A DNA stretch of 64,000 nucleotides from Candidatus Enterousia sp. (GTDB lineage Bacteria > Pseudomonadota > Alphaproteobacteria > Rs-D84): assembly GCA_045630455.1 (NCBI GenBank), contig JAZQTD010000044.1:6335-70334 (forward strand). Reading direction: 5' to 3'. Position 1 is the first letter of the stretch. The number at the start of each line of letters is the position of its first letter. Below are positions 37,035-46,484 of this stretch, one piece after another. The translations under genes and the position numbers were made by a program. The notes under the pieces were generated by a model. It made no database searches and had not been told where the DNA came from. It saw only the letters and a program-made list of their open reading frames with translations.

Positions 37035-38588
37035 TTATTTAACAAACCCAATCTTTTTATTTTTGCCGTTCATATACCAATCGATTAAGACCTTGGCGAA
37101 CCATACACACGTAAACAGTGTCGTCAAAATACCGATTGACAAAGTGACTGCAAATCCACGGATTGGACCAGCACCAAACTGGAACAACACCAAACCACAA
37201 ACCAATGTAGTCAAGTTTCCGTCTAAAACAGTCTTTAACGAACGATCAAACCCCATATTTACCGCACGCATCGTTGGAACACCGGCACGAACTTCGTCAC
37301 GAATTCGTTCAAACGGCAAGATATTTGCGTCAACCGCCATACCCAACGTCAATACGATACCTGCGATACCTGGCAATGTCAGTGTCGCACCAAACAGCGC
37401 AGTCAAGCCAACAATCATCGCCAAATTCACCATCAGGGTTGCACTGGCCAACACACCAAACATACGATATGTAAAGACAAGGAATATAAATATAAAGATT
37501 ACACCGGCAATCGCCCCCAATTTACCACGTTCAATCATATCAGCACCCAATCCCGCACCAACTGTACGTTCTTCGATAACCGTCAATGGCGCAGGCAACG
37601 CCCCCGAACGCAACAACACCGCCAGGTCTTTTGCGCCCTGTAATGAGAAGCCCCCAGAAATCTGACCACGACCACCTGGGATTGGTTCACGAATTGTTGG
37701 CGCAGACAATACACGACCGTCTAAAACAATCGCAAAACGTTCATTTACGTGTTCTGTTGTCAAACGTGCGAATTTACGAGCACCCGTTGCATCAAACACA
37801 GTCGTCACAACCGGCATATTATGCTGGTCATAGTCGGCCTGGGAATCTTTCAGTGATTCACCAGATACCTCTACACGGGAATACACTGGCACAACCTGAT
37901 TTGGCATCTCCATATATGGCAAAAATTCTGTACCATTTGGCGCACGCCCAGATGCAATTTGATCTGGGGACACATTTTCATTAACCAAATGGAAAGTCAT
38001 TTTCGCAGTCTGTCCAATCAACTGTTTAATACGTTCTGGGTTATCAACACCAGGCAACTGAACCATAATATATTTACCACCCTGACTTTGGATAGACGGC
38101 TCTTTAGTTCCCAGCGCATCAATACGACGACGCACAATTTCAATACTACGTGACAGCGCATCTTTGGTCATCTCTGCCTTTTGTGCATCTGTATAAGACA
38201 AAGTCACAGTCTTTCCACTGGATGAAATATCAACCGTGTTGCCCAAAACACTTTTCAAACGACCTTTGGCTTCGCTAACCTGCCCTTCGTCACGAACAAC
38301 AAAAGACACCACACCATCGTGATTACGCAGATTAGAAAAACGAATAACGCCTTTGTCTCGATTAATTAATGTGCTGCGTGTTTCTTCGTATAACTGCTCC
38401 GCCTTTTCTTGGAACATAGCAGCCGTATCAACCTCTAACAACAACTGTGCACCGCCTTTCAAGTCCAAGCCCAACGACACCGGTCCAATCCACGATGGAA
38501 AATAAGGTGCCAATTTTGGAGACATTGTTGGCACAGCCAACAAAACACAAAATACTGCTGTGAAAATAATAGCCAGTTTTTTAAACAT
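37035..38588 (-). CDS. secD: protein translocase subunit SecD
   Basis: LGLDLKGG, RRRID.LG..EP, LRSGALPAP and GMAVDANI..FERI motifs. Confidence 0.97.
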   Translation of the reverse strand: MFKKLAIIFTAVFCVLLAVPTMSPKLAPYFPSWIGPVSLGLDLKGGAQLLLEVDTAAMFQEKAEQLYEETRSTLINRDKGVIRFSNLRNHDGVVSFVVRDEGQVSEAKGRLKSVLGNTVDISSSGKTVTLSYTDAQKAEMTKDALSRSIEIVRRRIDALGTKEPSIQSQGGKYIMVQLPGVDNPERIKQLIGQTAKMTFHLVNENVSPDQIASGRAPNGTEFLPYMEMPNQVVPVYSRVEVSGESLKDSQADYDQHNMPVVTTVFDATGARKFARLTTEHVNERFAIVLDGRVLSAPTIREPIPGGRGQISGGFSLQGAKDLAVLLRSGALPAPLTVIEERTVGAGLGADMIERGKLGAIAGVIFIFIFLVFTYRMFGVLASATLMVNLAMIVGLTALFGATLTLPGIAGIVLTLGMAVDANILPFERIRDEVRAGVPTMRAVNMGFDRSLKTVLDGNLTTLVCGLVLFQFGAGPIRGFAVTLSIGILTTLFTCVWFAKVLIDWYMNGKNKKIGFVK

Positions 38589-38600
38589 ACCAATACCCTT

Positions 38601-38915
38601 TTATTCTTCGACAGACGCCACTGCGTTTTTATTCACTTCGATAACAACGCCTTTGGCCACTTCTAATTCGATTGTTTTTTCATTGATTTTTTTGATTGTG
38701 CCATAGATACCCGCCGCCATAACACGATTACCAACCTTTAACGCATCCAGCATTTTTTGATATTCTGCCATACGTTTTTTGTTTGGTCGCACCATAAACA
38801 GATAGATAATTCCAAACACAACAATCAAATACAGCACCATACCCCACACGTCACCCTGCTCGACGACCGGTGCGGTTTGCGCTACGTTATCAACAACAAC
38901 TGCTGCTTGTTCCAT
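38601..38915 (-). CDS. yajC: preprotein translocase subunit YajC
   Basis: TM followed by RPNKKR and L..G.RV..AGIYG.I; upstream of secD. Confidence 0.93.
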   Translation of the reverse strand: MEQAAVVVDNVAQTAPVVEQGDVWGMVLYLIVVFGIIYLFMVRPNKKRMAEYQKMLDALKVGNRVMAAGIYGTIKKINEKTIELEVAKGVVIEVNKNAVASVEE

Positions 38916-38981
38916 AGTATTTCTCCTTGCTTTAATACTGGCACAATAGTAAAAAAACCTAGAAAAGTAAAGGACAAATCA

Positions 38982-40754
38982 CTATCTTTCAAACCAATTA
39001 TCAATTTCTGAAAATGGGATAATTTTATAGACTGGGCGACCATGATTGCACTGAGCCCCACGCTCGGTATTTTCAATATCACGCAACAGTGCATCCATTT
39101 GATTAAAGTCTAATTTTTGCCCCGCCCGCACAGAATGATGACACGCATAATTCGCCAACTTCAAATGCAACTTTTCATTTATCTGTGAGGAATGGCCGAA
39201 TGCACGCACCTCATCCGCGACCGATTTTAGCAACGATTTCCAATCTAAATCCCAGTCGACTGGCTTTTCAAAAATCGCAATTGCATCATCACCAAACGCA
39301 TCAATATGCAGACCCGACACACGCATTTCATCCACCACAGTCAATACCGCCGCCACTTCTTCTTCACGCAGATTTATCACAATTGGTGTCAGCAAAGGTT
39401 GGGATTTAATTGTGTGATTGCGCAATTTTTCATACGTAATACGTTCATGCGCCGCATGCTGGTCGACAACAACCATTGCGTCTTCTGTCTGGGCGATGAT
39501 ATATTTGTTTCCAATTTGCCCAACAACACGCCCCAGCGGCATTTCCACCGCCACAACATTTTCATCTATTTGCGACGATGCTTTTTCCGTCTGTACGCAT
39601 GGTTTCTGGAGAAAATCCACAGACGGCGCTGCGGGCGACGCCACACGAAACGCCCCCGGCACCAAACCAAAATCAAAGCGTGCCGGCTGTGCCACATTTG
39701 ACCTAAAAAAAGTATGCTCAATCACATTTGCTCTTTGCTCATTGCTCTTTGCACTTTGCGCAACCGCTGGTTGCACAACCATTGTTTGCGCCAACCTATT
39801 ACGCAAAGTCTTGATAATAAACGCACGAATATGCGATGGTTCTAAAAAGTGCACCTCAGTCTTGGCGGGCGACACATTAACGTCCACAGACCTTGGGTCT
39901 AACGTCAAATACAACGCGCATAGAGGAAATTCCCGCGCATGCATAACATCCATATATGCCGCACGCAACGCACCAACCAAAACCTTATCCTTGACCGGAC
40001 GACCATTTACAAACAAATACTGATCAACACTGGATGCGCGGCGCAATGTTGGCTCTGATATAAAGCCGGTTAATTTTAGCCCCGAAGACGACATTGATTC
40101 CGCATTTACATCCAGCATTCTCCCACGCACATCATCACCCATAACCGCCACAATACGTTCAGACAAATCCTGATTTTTTGGGAATCGCCATTTATTATTT
40201 AATGTAAACCCAACATCTGACCGCGCCATAGCAAGGCGTTTTACAACGTCCAGAACACTCATCAGCTCTGCCCGATCGCCACGCAAAAACTTTAACCGTG
40301 CGGGCGTACGCCCAAACAGATTCCGCACCCGAATACGCGTCCCCCCATCCCACGAACTGGGGATAATTTCCATTGTATTGCAATCCAAATGCCATCCATT
40401 TGCATCTGTGCCATTGCATGTATCGATTTCCATATCTGACACAGACGCGATTGACGGCAACGCTTCGCCACGAAATCCCATAAAGTTAATATTCAACAAA
40501 TCATCTGTTGGCAGTTTAGACGTTGCGTGACGTGTGACCGCAACCGCCAAATCATCACGTGTCATACCACCACCATTATCAATGACACTGATTAACGTGC
40601 GCCCACCATCAACAACATCTATAACAATCTGGTCTGCCCCCGCATCCAGCGCATTTTCAACCAGCTCTTTTACCACGCTGGCGGGCCGTTCAACCACTTC
40701 GCCGGCGGCAATTTGATTGATTAAAAAATCAGGCAGCACACGTACAGACATCAC
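38982..40754 (-). CDS. mutL: DNA mismatch repair endonuclease MutL
   Basis: NQIAAGEVVERP, HATSK, GFRGEAL, DQHAAHER, ACH and CNHGRP motifs. Confidence 0.97.
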   Translation of the reverse strand: MMSVRVLPDFLINQIAAGEVVERPASVVKELVENALDAGADQIVIDVVDGGRTLISVIDNGGGMTRDDLAVAVTRHATSKLPTDDLLNINFMGFRGEALPSIASVSDMEIDTCNGTDANGWHLDCNTMEIIPSSWDGGTRIRVRNLFGRTPARLKFLRGDRAELMSVLDVVKRLAMARSDVGFTLNNKWRFPKNQDLSERIVAVMGDDVRGRMLDVNAESMSSSGLKLTGFISEPTLRRASSVDQYLFVNGRPVKDKVLVGALRAAYMDVMHAREFPLCALYLTLDPRSVDVNVSPAKTEVHFLEPSHIRAFIIKTLRNRLAQTMVVQPAVAQSAKSNEQRANVIEHTFFRSNVAQPARFDFGLVPGAFRVASPAAPSVDFLQKPCVQTEKASSQIDENVVAVEMPLGRVVGQIGNKYIIAQTEDAMVVVDQHAAHERITYEKLRNHTIKSQPLLTPIVINLREEEVAAVLTVVDEMRVSGLHIDAFGDDAIAIFEKPVDWDLDWKSLLKSVADEVRAFGHSSQINEKLHLKLANYACHHSVRAGQKLDFNQMDALLRDIENTERGAQCNHGRPVYKIIPFSEIDNWFER

Positions 40755-40768
40755 TTTAACTTACTCAA

Positions 40769-41239
40769 TTAATCCTTGAATTTTACTTCTAAAATTTCAT
40801 ATTCTTTTTCGCCGCTTGGCAATTTAACAATACACGTATCACCAACACATCGACCAATCATCGCACGACCAACCGGTGACGTACAAGAAATCACCGTACG
40901 ACCATCTGATTCAATATCAGACAATATACGACACTGCATACGATTACCATCTTCATCTTCGGCTGTGACCCGTGCACCAAACATCACCCTGTCCCCCGAC
41001 AGACTATCTACATCGATAATCGCAGCATTTTCGATAACTCCTTCGATAAATTGAATCCGTTTATCGATTTGACGTTGCTTTTCTTTGGCTGCGCTGTAAT
41101 CTGCGTTCTCAGACAAATCCCCCAGCGAGCGCGCCCATTGTACAGTTTTAAGTATTTCTGGCCTTTGATTTTCCTTTAAATCCTTTAATTCTTTGATTAA
41201 GTTATCAAATCCAGCCCGTGAAATTGGTTTCTTTTCCAT
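40769..41239 (-). CDS. greA: transcription elongation factor GreA
   Basis: AR.LGDLSENADY.AAKE and SP.GRA.IG motifs; start moved to MEKKP. Confidence 0.93.
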   Translation of the reverse strand: MEKKPISRAGFDNLIKELKDLKENQRPEILKTVQWARSLGDLSENADYSAAKEKQRQIDKRIQFIEGVIENAAIIDVDSLSGDRVMFGARVTAEDEDGNRMQCRILSDIESDGRTVISCTSPVGRAMIGRCVGDTCIVKLPSGEKEYEILEVKFKD

Positions 41240-41291
41240 TTTTTGCTTCCTATTATTTTTTGTAATCAAATTATAAGGAATCATTTTAATT

Positions 41292-41320
41292 TTGCAATTA
41301 GGAAATCTTCAGTCTATAAT
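41292..41320 (+). promoter_or_regulatory. sigma70 promoter giving a leaderless lptG-like mRNA
   Basis: TTGCAA-N17-TATAAT with 7 nt to ATG 41328 and no SD. Confidence 0.7.
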
Positions 41321-41327
41321 TTACATT

Positions 41328-42386
41328 ATGTTTAGACTTAACATCTTAACCAAGTTTTTAATGCGCCGATTTTTTTCCGGCTTTGGTCTGGTAATGTTGG
41401 TGGTATGCGGAATTATTCTGGCGGTGACGTTTGTAGAACGTTTGCCATCGAATCCGGACGCAATATCCGCTTTGTACGAGTCTTGGGTGCGCTTGCTAGA
41501 ATATGTACCGCTGTTTTTACCATTGGCGGTATTTATGGGAACATTGCTGGCGTCCTATAATTTGACCAAGTCCAGCGAAAGCATCATTGTATCCAGTGCG
41601 GGCATGTCCCCGTACCAGGCATCACGCTCATTCTTTGTTGGCGCAGCATTAATTGGAATTATTGCAACAACAATCGTTAACCCATATTCTGTTGGGGTCA
41701 GCTCCAAGAACATAACACCAAATCACCTAAAACTGGTTGATGATCAAATCTGGCTGCGCGAATCTTCTGATAGTGGCTTTATAACCGTCAATGCAGATAC
41801 GATGCAAAAATCCGGCGACACATTAACATTCCAAGACACAACCATATTTGTCCAAGACCCATCATTCAAATTAACCGAGCGAATTCATGCTAAAACCGTA
41901 CAATTATCAAACGATGGACTGAACGCAGCCAGCGCAACAATATGGGACACCAACGGCAATATGCGCAAATCCGATTGGCATGCACAAACCCTACTTAATC
42001 CACAAACCGTACTGGACAGATACCTGCAACCAGACCAGATTTCGTTCTGGAATCTGCCCCGGTTTATCCACAAAATGTCTGAAATTGGCGCACCAGTTCG
42101 CGGTCATCTGGTTCAGTTTTGGACACTGTTATTCCTGCCACTGACTATGATTGCGATGGCAACATTGGGGGTTGCATTTTCCCAAACGAAACAGCGCCGT
42201 AATTACAGTTTTGGTGTAAAATTCAGTATTGGTATTTTAACCTGTTTTGCATTGTACTTTATTACAAATATGTTTAACGCATTGGGTTCAACGGGTGCAC
42301 TGCCACCATTACTGGCAATTATCGCCCCACCATTAATTATTATCGCAGGTGCTGGAATATTTATCACCAGTTTTGACACAATCTAA
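41328..42386 (+). CDS. LptF/LptG-family LPS export permease
   Basis: Three N-terminal TMs, SESII..SAGMS motif, periplasmic beta region, three C-terminal TMs. Confidence 0.9.
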   Translation: MFRLNILTKFLMRRFFSGFGLVMLVVCGIILAVTFVERLPSNPDAISALYESWVRLLEYVPLFLPLAVFMGTLLASYNLTKSSESIIVSSAGMSPYQASRSFFVGAALIGIIATTIVNPYSVGVSSKNITPNHLKLVDDQIWLRESSDSGFITVNADTMQKSGDTLTFQDTTIFVQDPSFKLTERIHAKTVQLSNDGLNAASATIWDTNGNMRKSDWHAQTLLNPQTVLDRYLQPDQISFWNLPRFIHKMSEIGAPVRGHLVQFWTLLFLPLTMIAMATLGVAFSQTKQRRNYSFGVKFSIGILTCFALYFITNMFNALGSTGALPPLLAIIAPPLIIIAGAGIFITSFDTI

Positions 42387-42403
42387 ACCTAAGGACAATC
42401 ACT

Positions 42404-42538
42404 ATGCCATTACGTAAGAAAAAGAATAACACATTCATAAAAATTCTAATCTGGGCAATTGTCTTGGCTTTAATTGCGCTGATGATAATTTCATTTGCAC
42501 CGGTTCAACATATGAATGAAATTGTGGTATATCCGTGA
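42404..42538 (+). CDS. 44-aa single-TM membrane protein missed by the ORF track
   Basis: MPLRKKKNNTFIKILIWAIVLALIALMIISFAPVQHMNEIVVYP; SD AAGGA; TGA overlaps the xerD GTG. Confidence 0.75.
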   Translation: MPLRKKKNNTFIKILIWAIVLALIALMIISFAPVQHMNEIVVYP

Positions 42539-43401
42539 ATTACATAGAAATATTTTTAGAAGCCCTGGCCGCAGAACGTGGTCGCAGCACCCAAACCCTG
42601 CGCAGTTATGAATCAGACCTACGCCTGGCCAACGATGCGATTTCTGGTGGCTTGATGGGCGCAGATTCAGACGCATTACAATCATACCTGTCTGAATTGG
42701 ATGAAAAACCAACATCCATCGCACGCAAGGCATCTGCCCTGCGTGGGTTTTATAAATTTTTAATGATTGAAAAAATTATCACAAAGAACCCAGCGTCCAA
42801 CCTTGAAATTCCAAAACGTGGTCGCGCATTACCTAAATTTTTATCCGCCAAAGAAATCGATTTATTAATATCATCTGCGGGCGACATCAAAACATCTGTA
42901 CGCCTGCGCGCAATGATTGAGTTATTGTATGCATCGGGATTGCGTGTATCTGAATTATGTGAATTACCAATGACCGCAATCTTGGGCAATAAATTACTTA
43001 TCCACGGTAAAGGCGCCAAAGAACGCATTGTCCCAATGCACAGTGGCGCAATCAATGCACTTAATAAATGGCTGAATGTACGTGGTGACGATGAATCAAG
43101 ATTTGTATTTCCATCGCGCGGGACATCTGGCCACATAACACGTGACGCATTTTTTAAGCTAATAAAAAAATGTGCTACATTGGCGGGCATCGACCCCAGC
43201 CGCGTATCACCACACGTACTGCGCCATTCTTTTGCATCACACCTATTGGCGGGGGGCGCAAACCTGCGTGCGATACAAACAATGCTGGGGCACGAAGACA
43301 TTTCAACAACCCAGATTTATACCCACGTAATGCCTGAGCAACTGCGTGAAACAATCGAATTACATCACCCGCTATCCAACACAAAGGTTGATAATAAATG
43401 A
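42535..43401 (+). CDS. xerD: tyrosine recombinase XerD
   Basis: LYASGLRVSEL, GKGAKER, SPHVLRHSFA.H and LGH.DISTTQIYTH motifs. Confidence 0.9.
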   Translation: MNYIEIFLEALAAERGRSTQTLRSYESDLRLANDAISGGLMGADSDALQSYLSELDEKPTSIARKASALRGFYKFLMIEKIITKNPASNLEIPKRGRALPKFLSAKEIDLLISSAGDIKTSVRLRAMIELLYASGLRVSELCELPMTAILGNKLLIHGKGAKERIVPMHSGAINALNKWLNVRGDDESRFVFPSRGTSGHITRDAFFKLIKKCATLAGIDPSRVSPHVLRHSFASHLLAGGANLRAIQTMLGHEDISTTQIYTHVMPEQLRETIELHHPLSNTKVDNK

Positions 43402-43901
43402 TAAAAAAATGTGATAAACCAGGCTGTACCAAGGCCGGCACATGTCGCGCCCCTAAATCACGTGAATTGCGTGATTACTGGTTTTTCTGTCCGGAACACG
43501 CGGCAGAATATAATAAAAATTGGAACTATTACGCCGATATGACAGCGGACGAAATCGAAGACGATTGGGAACGTCAAACGTTTGGTGCACCATTAAAAGA
43601 CAAAGACACCGCCAACGCGGACGCAACCGATTATGCAAAATTTATAAACGATTTTATCACAGGCCGTTCGGCATTTGACCGAATGCCCGCCAAAAGCAAA
43701 CTACCCACAAATGTAGTATCATCATTAAAGGTTTTTGATCTTGGGATATCTGCCACATGGCGTGAAATTGGGGTTAAATACCGCGCACTAGCAAAAAAAT
43801 ACCACCCCGACACAGCAACCGATAAAAAGAATGCAGCGACCGAATTTGCCCGTATTTCCGCCGCATATGAAATATTAAAGAAACATTTTGGGAAAAAGTA
43901 A
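43398..43901 (+). CDS. J-domain protein with an N-terminal Cys/His motif
   Basis: C..PGC...G..RAPKS..FC.EH..EYN..W and C-terminal Y..LAKKYHPD. Confidence 0.9.
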   Translation: MIKKCDKPGCTKAGTCRAPKSRELRDYWFFCPEHAAEYNKNWNYYADMTADEIEDDWERQTFGAPLKDKDTANADATDYAKFINDFITGRSAFDRMPAKSKLPTNVVSSLKVFDLGISATWREIGVKYRALAKKYHPDTATDKKNAATEFARISAAYEILKKHFGKK

Positions 43902-43916
43902 AATCCCCTGCCCCAA

Positions 43917-44023
43917 TAAATCAATTAGAATGATTTAGATAAAAAGAAATCGGGCATCGTAGTGTACAAGCCGCTACATGAGATACCCGATTTGTTTTTA
44001 GATGAATTATTATAATTGATTTA
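43917..44023. repeat. ~107-bp palindromic element, copy 2 (overlaps the last codons of trxB)
   Basis: Same TIR and CGTAGTGTA-N8-TACATGAG core as 29252-29357, with a different but still complementary inner stem. Confidence 0.85.
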
Positions 44024-44927
44024 AAAACGCGATTGCGTCCATGGCGGCCGAACATCCCGTCCCCACCGCCGTCGCAATCTGCATCTTTAACTCCGAATGC
44101 ACATCACCAGCGACAAAGATTCCCGCTGGCATTTTGCACGGTGCTAAACGCCCCATCGAATCACGCGCAACATCTTCGGACAGATAATCTGTGTTCGCTT
44201 CGTGTCCAATTGCAACAAATAATCCATCTATTTCAATTTCCGCCCCGTCTGTTGTCGTGACGACTAAACGACCATCCGTGTTCCCCGGCTTTTCTGCGAT
44301 TTTCGCCAAATCTGTATTGAATAAGCATTCGATATTTTCACGTGCCGCCACACGTTCACGCAAAACCGCCTCAGCCCGGGTAAATGCCCCCTTGCGATAG
44401 ACGATTTTTACAGATTTTGCCAAGTCCGCCAGATACAACGCATCATTCAGCGCACTGTTACCACCGCCCATAACCATTACATCTTTATAACTGTAAAAGA
44501 ATCCATCACACGTTGCACAATACGAAACGCCCCGCCCCATTAATTCACGTGCACCTTCTATTTCCAATTTTCTTGGGGATGCACCCGTTGCAATGATAAC
44601 CGTTTTACCAACATAGCGTGCACCATTATCACACAATACGTTAAAGCCAGATTCTGAGTCCCCATCAATACTTTTAGCAGACGTGAATACAATTTCCGCA
44701 CCAAATGTTTCGGCTTGTTTTTTCATAAATTCCGCCAGTTCCATCCCAGAACCCGCCCAGCCTGGATAATTTTCCAATGTTGCGATACCCGCCATCTGAC
44801 CACCCAAACGGTCACCACCCAGAACAATTGTCTTTTTATTTGCACGCCCTGTATACAATGCCGCCGTCAAACCCGCCGGTCCAGAACCTAAAATAATAAC
44901 ATCATAGACATTCACATTATCTGTCAT
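44010..44927 (-). CDS. trxB: thioredoxin reductase
   Basis: GSGPAG, ATG, GVSYCATCDG, GGGNSA and AGDV motifs; start moved to MTDNV. Confidence 0.93.
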   Translation of the reverse strand: MTDNVNVYDVIILGSGPAGLTAALYTGRANKKTIVLGGDRLGGQMAGIATLENYPGWAGSGMELAEFMKKQAETFGAEIVFTSAKSIDGDSESGFNVLCDNGARYVGKTVIIATGASPRKLEIEGARELMGRGVSYCATCDGFFYSYKDVMVMGGGNSALNDALYLADLAKSVKIVYRKGAFTRAEAVLRERVAARENIECLFNTDLAKIAEKPGNTDGRLVVTTTDGAEIEIDGLFVAIGHEANTDYLSEDVARDSMGRLAPCKMPAGIFVAGDVHSELKMQIATAVGTGCSAAMDAIAFLNQL

Positions 44928-45013
44928 AATACAGCCCTTCCCTTTATTGTTTTCGGGCAAAGCATACACAAATTAATCCCCCTATGCAAACAAAATCGCC
45001 AAAAACGAATATA

Positions 45014-45042
45014 TTGCTTTTTTATACGAATAGTCTTATAAT
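45014..45042 (+). promoter_or_regulatory. sigma70 promoter of the serS leader
   Basis: TTGCTT-N17-TATAAT with 9 nt to the leader ATG. Confidence 0.8.
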
Positions 45043-45051
45043 AACAATAAT

Positions 45052-45105
45052 ATGAAATGTGAATTTAGTTTTTTCAGTTTTTCTTCATCCCCGTTGGGGG
45101 AATAA
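45052..45105 (+). promoter_or_regulatory. Ser-rich leader peptide ORF of serS (MKCEFSFFSFSSSPLGE)
   Basis: ATG AAA TGT GAA TTT AGT TTT TTC AGT TTT TCT TCA TCC CCG TTG GGG GAA TAA; five Ser codons; ends 72 nt before serS. Confidence 0.88.
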
Positions 45106-45177
45106 TTTATCTGTGTACTTTTTCATAATTTTGCATACAATAACAAACAATTAAACAAATCCATAAGGGGATAAAAT

Positions 45178-46455
45178 ATGTTGGATATTAAATTTATTCG
45201 TGAAAACCCAAATACCGTAAAACGTGCCTGTGAATTAAAGGGCATAACAGACCGTACCGATGAAATCTTGGCACTGGATACACGTGTTCGTGAATTAAAG
45301 ACAATTACACAAAGCAAAACCGCTGAAAAAAATAAAATCACACGCGAAATACCAACTGCCACAGACCGTGCGCCACTGATTGCGCGTTCCAAAGAAATCG
45401 CAAATGAAATCGCAGCAGATATGGCAGAACTGGCTGAGCGTGAAGCCGAACTGGACGATTTACTGCGTCGCGTTCCACAAATCCCAGCCGACACCGTACC
45501 ATTCGGCAAAAGTGATGCCGATAATGTTGAGGTTCGCCGTGTTGGCACACCACGTGAATTCGACTTTACACCACGTGCCCAGTGGGACTTGCTAGAAATG
45601 AATGGCTGGTGGAAACCTGAAAAAATAGCAAGCATTTGTGGCACACGTACATACGCCCTGTTTGGCGAAGCCGCTGAACTGGAACTGGCTATTCAAACAT
45701 ATGTACTGCAAAAATTAATGGCTAAAGGTTTTACATTCGTAAACTGCCCCGCGATTACCAAACCACAAACAATATTTAATGCTGGCCACTTTATGGGTTC
45801 AGACCCATCTGTTATGGCAAACGATGTATTTATGCTGACCGACACAGACAGATGCTTGGCAGGAACAGCTGAAATTATTCTAAACTCACTACACAGTGAT
45901 GAGGTATTAAATGAAAAAGACCTGCCGATTAAATACGCTGGTTTTTCACCATGTTTCCGCAAAGAAGCCGGCGCTGCAGGTCGTGACACCCGCGGAATCG
46001 TGCGTATACATCAATTTAATAAGGTTGAACAATACATCTATTGCACACCAGAACAGTCTGATGAAATGCACGAACATTTATTGAACAACCTGTGCGAAGT
46101 TATGGCAGATTTAGAATTACCATACCGTGTTATCGAAGCATGCACTGGCGATATGGGATTCAACAAAGTAAAAATGCACGATGTCGAAGCCTGGTTCCCA
46201 AGCGAAAACGCATATCGTGAATTGGGTTCTTGTTCTTCGATTGGTCAATTCCAAGCACGCCGCACAAACACCCGCTATCGTGCAGCCGATGGCACGATTC
46301 AGTTCTGTGCAACATTAAATAATACTGGGATTGCCTTGCCACGTGCAATTGTGCCAGTAATTGAAAACCACCAAAATCCAGATGGCTCGGTCAATATTCC
46401 GAAATGCTTACAACCCCTGATGGGTGGCCGCACCAAAATCGGCGGCAAACATTAA
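45178..46455 (+). CDS. serS: serine--tRNA ligase
   Basis: MLDIKFIREN, GTAE, CFRKEAGAAGRDTRG..R.HQF.KVE and ELGSCS motifs. Confidence 0.98.
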   Translation: MLDIKFIRENPNTVKRACELKGITDRTDEILALDTRVRELKTITQSKTAEKNKITREIPTATDRAPLIARSKEIANEIAADMAELAEREAELDDLLRRVPQIPADTVPFGKSDADNVEVRRVGTPREFDFTPRAQWDLLEMNGWWKPEKIASICGTRTYALFGEAAELELAIQTYVLQKLMAKGFTFVNCPAITKPQTIFNAGHFMGSDPSVMANDVFMLTDTDRCLAGTAEIILNSLHSDEVLNEKDLPIKYAGFSPCFRKEAGAAGRDTRGIVRIHQFNKVEQYIYCTPEQSDEMHEHLLNNLCEVMADLELPYRVIEACTGDMGFNKVKMHDVEAWFPSENAYRELGSCSSIGQFQARRTNTRYRAADGTIQFCATLNNTGIALPRAIVPVIENHQNPDGSVNIPKCLQPLMGGRTKIGGKH

Positions 46456-46456
46456 T

Positions 46457-46484
46457 AAAAAATCCCCCAACCGGGGGATTTTTT
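46457..46484. terminator. bidirectional terminator
   Basis: AAAAAATCCCCC-AACC-GGGGGATTTTTT. Confidence 0.85.

Noticed and set aside
42535-43401. Tyrosine recombinase as a prophage or island integrase
   Set aside because: Size, motifs and coupling to core genes fit chromosomal XerD; there are no att sites or phage genes nearby.
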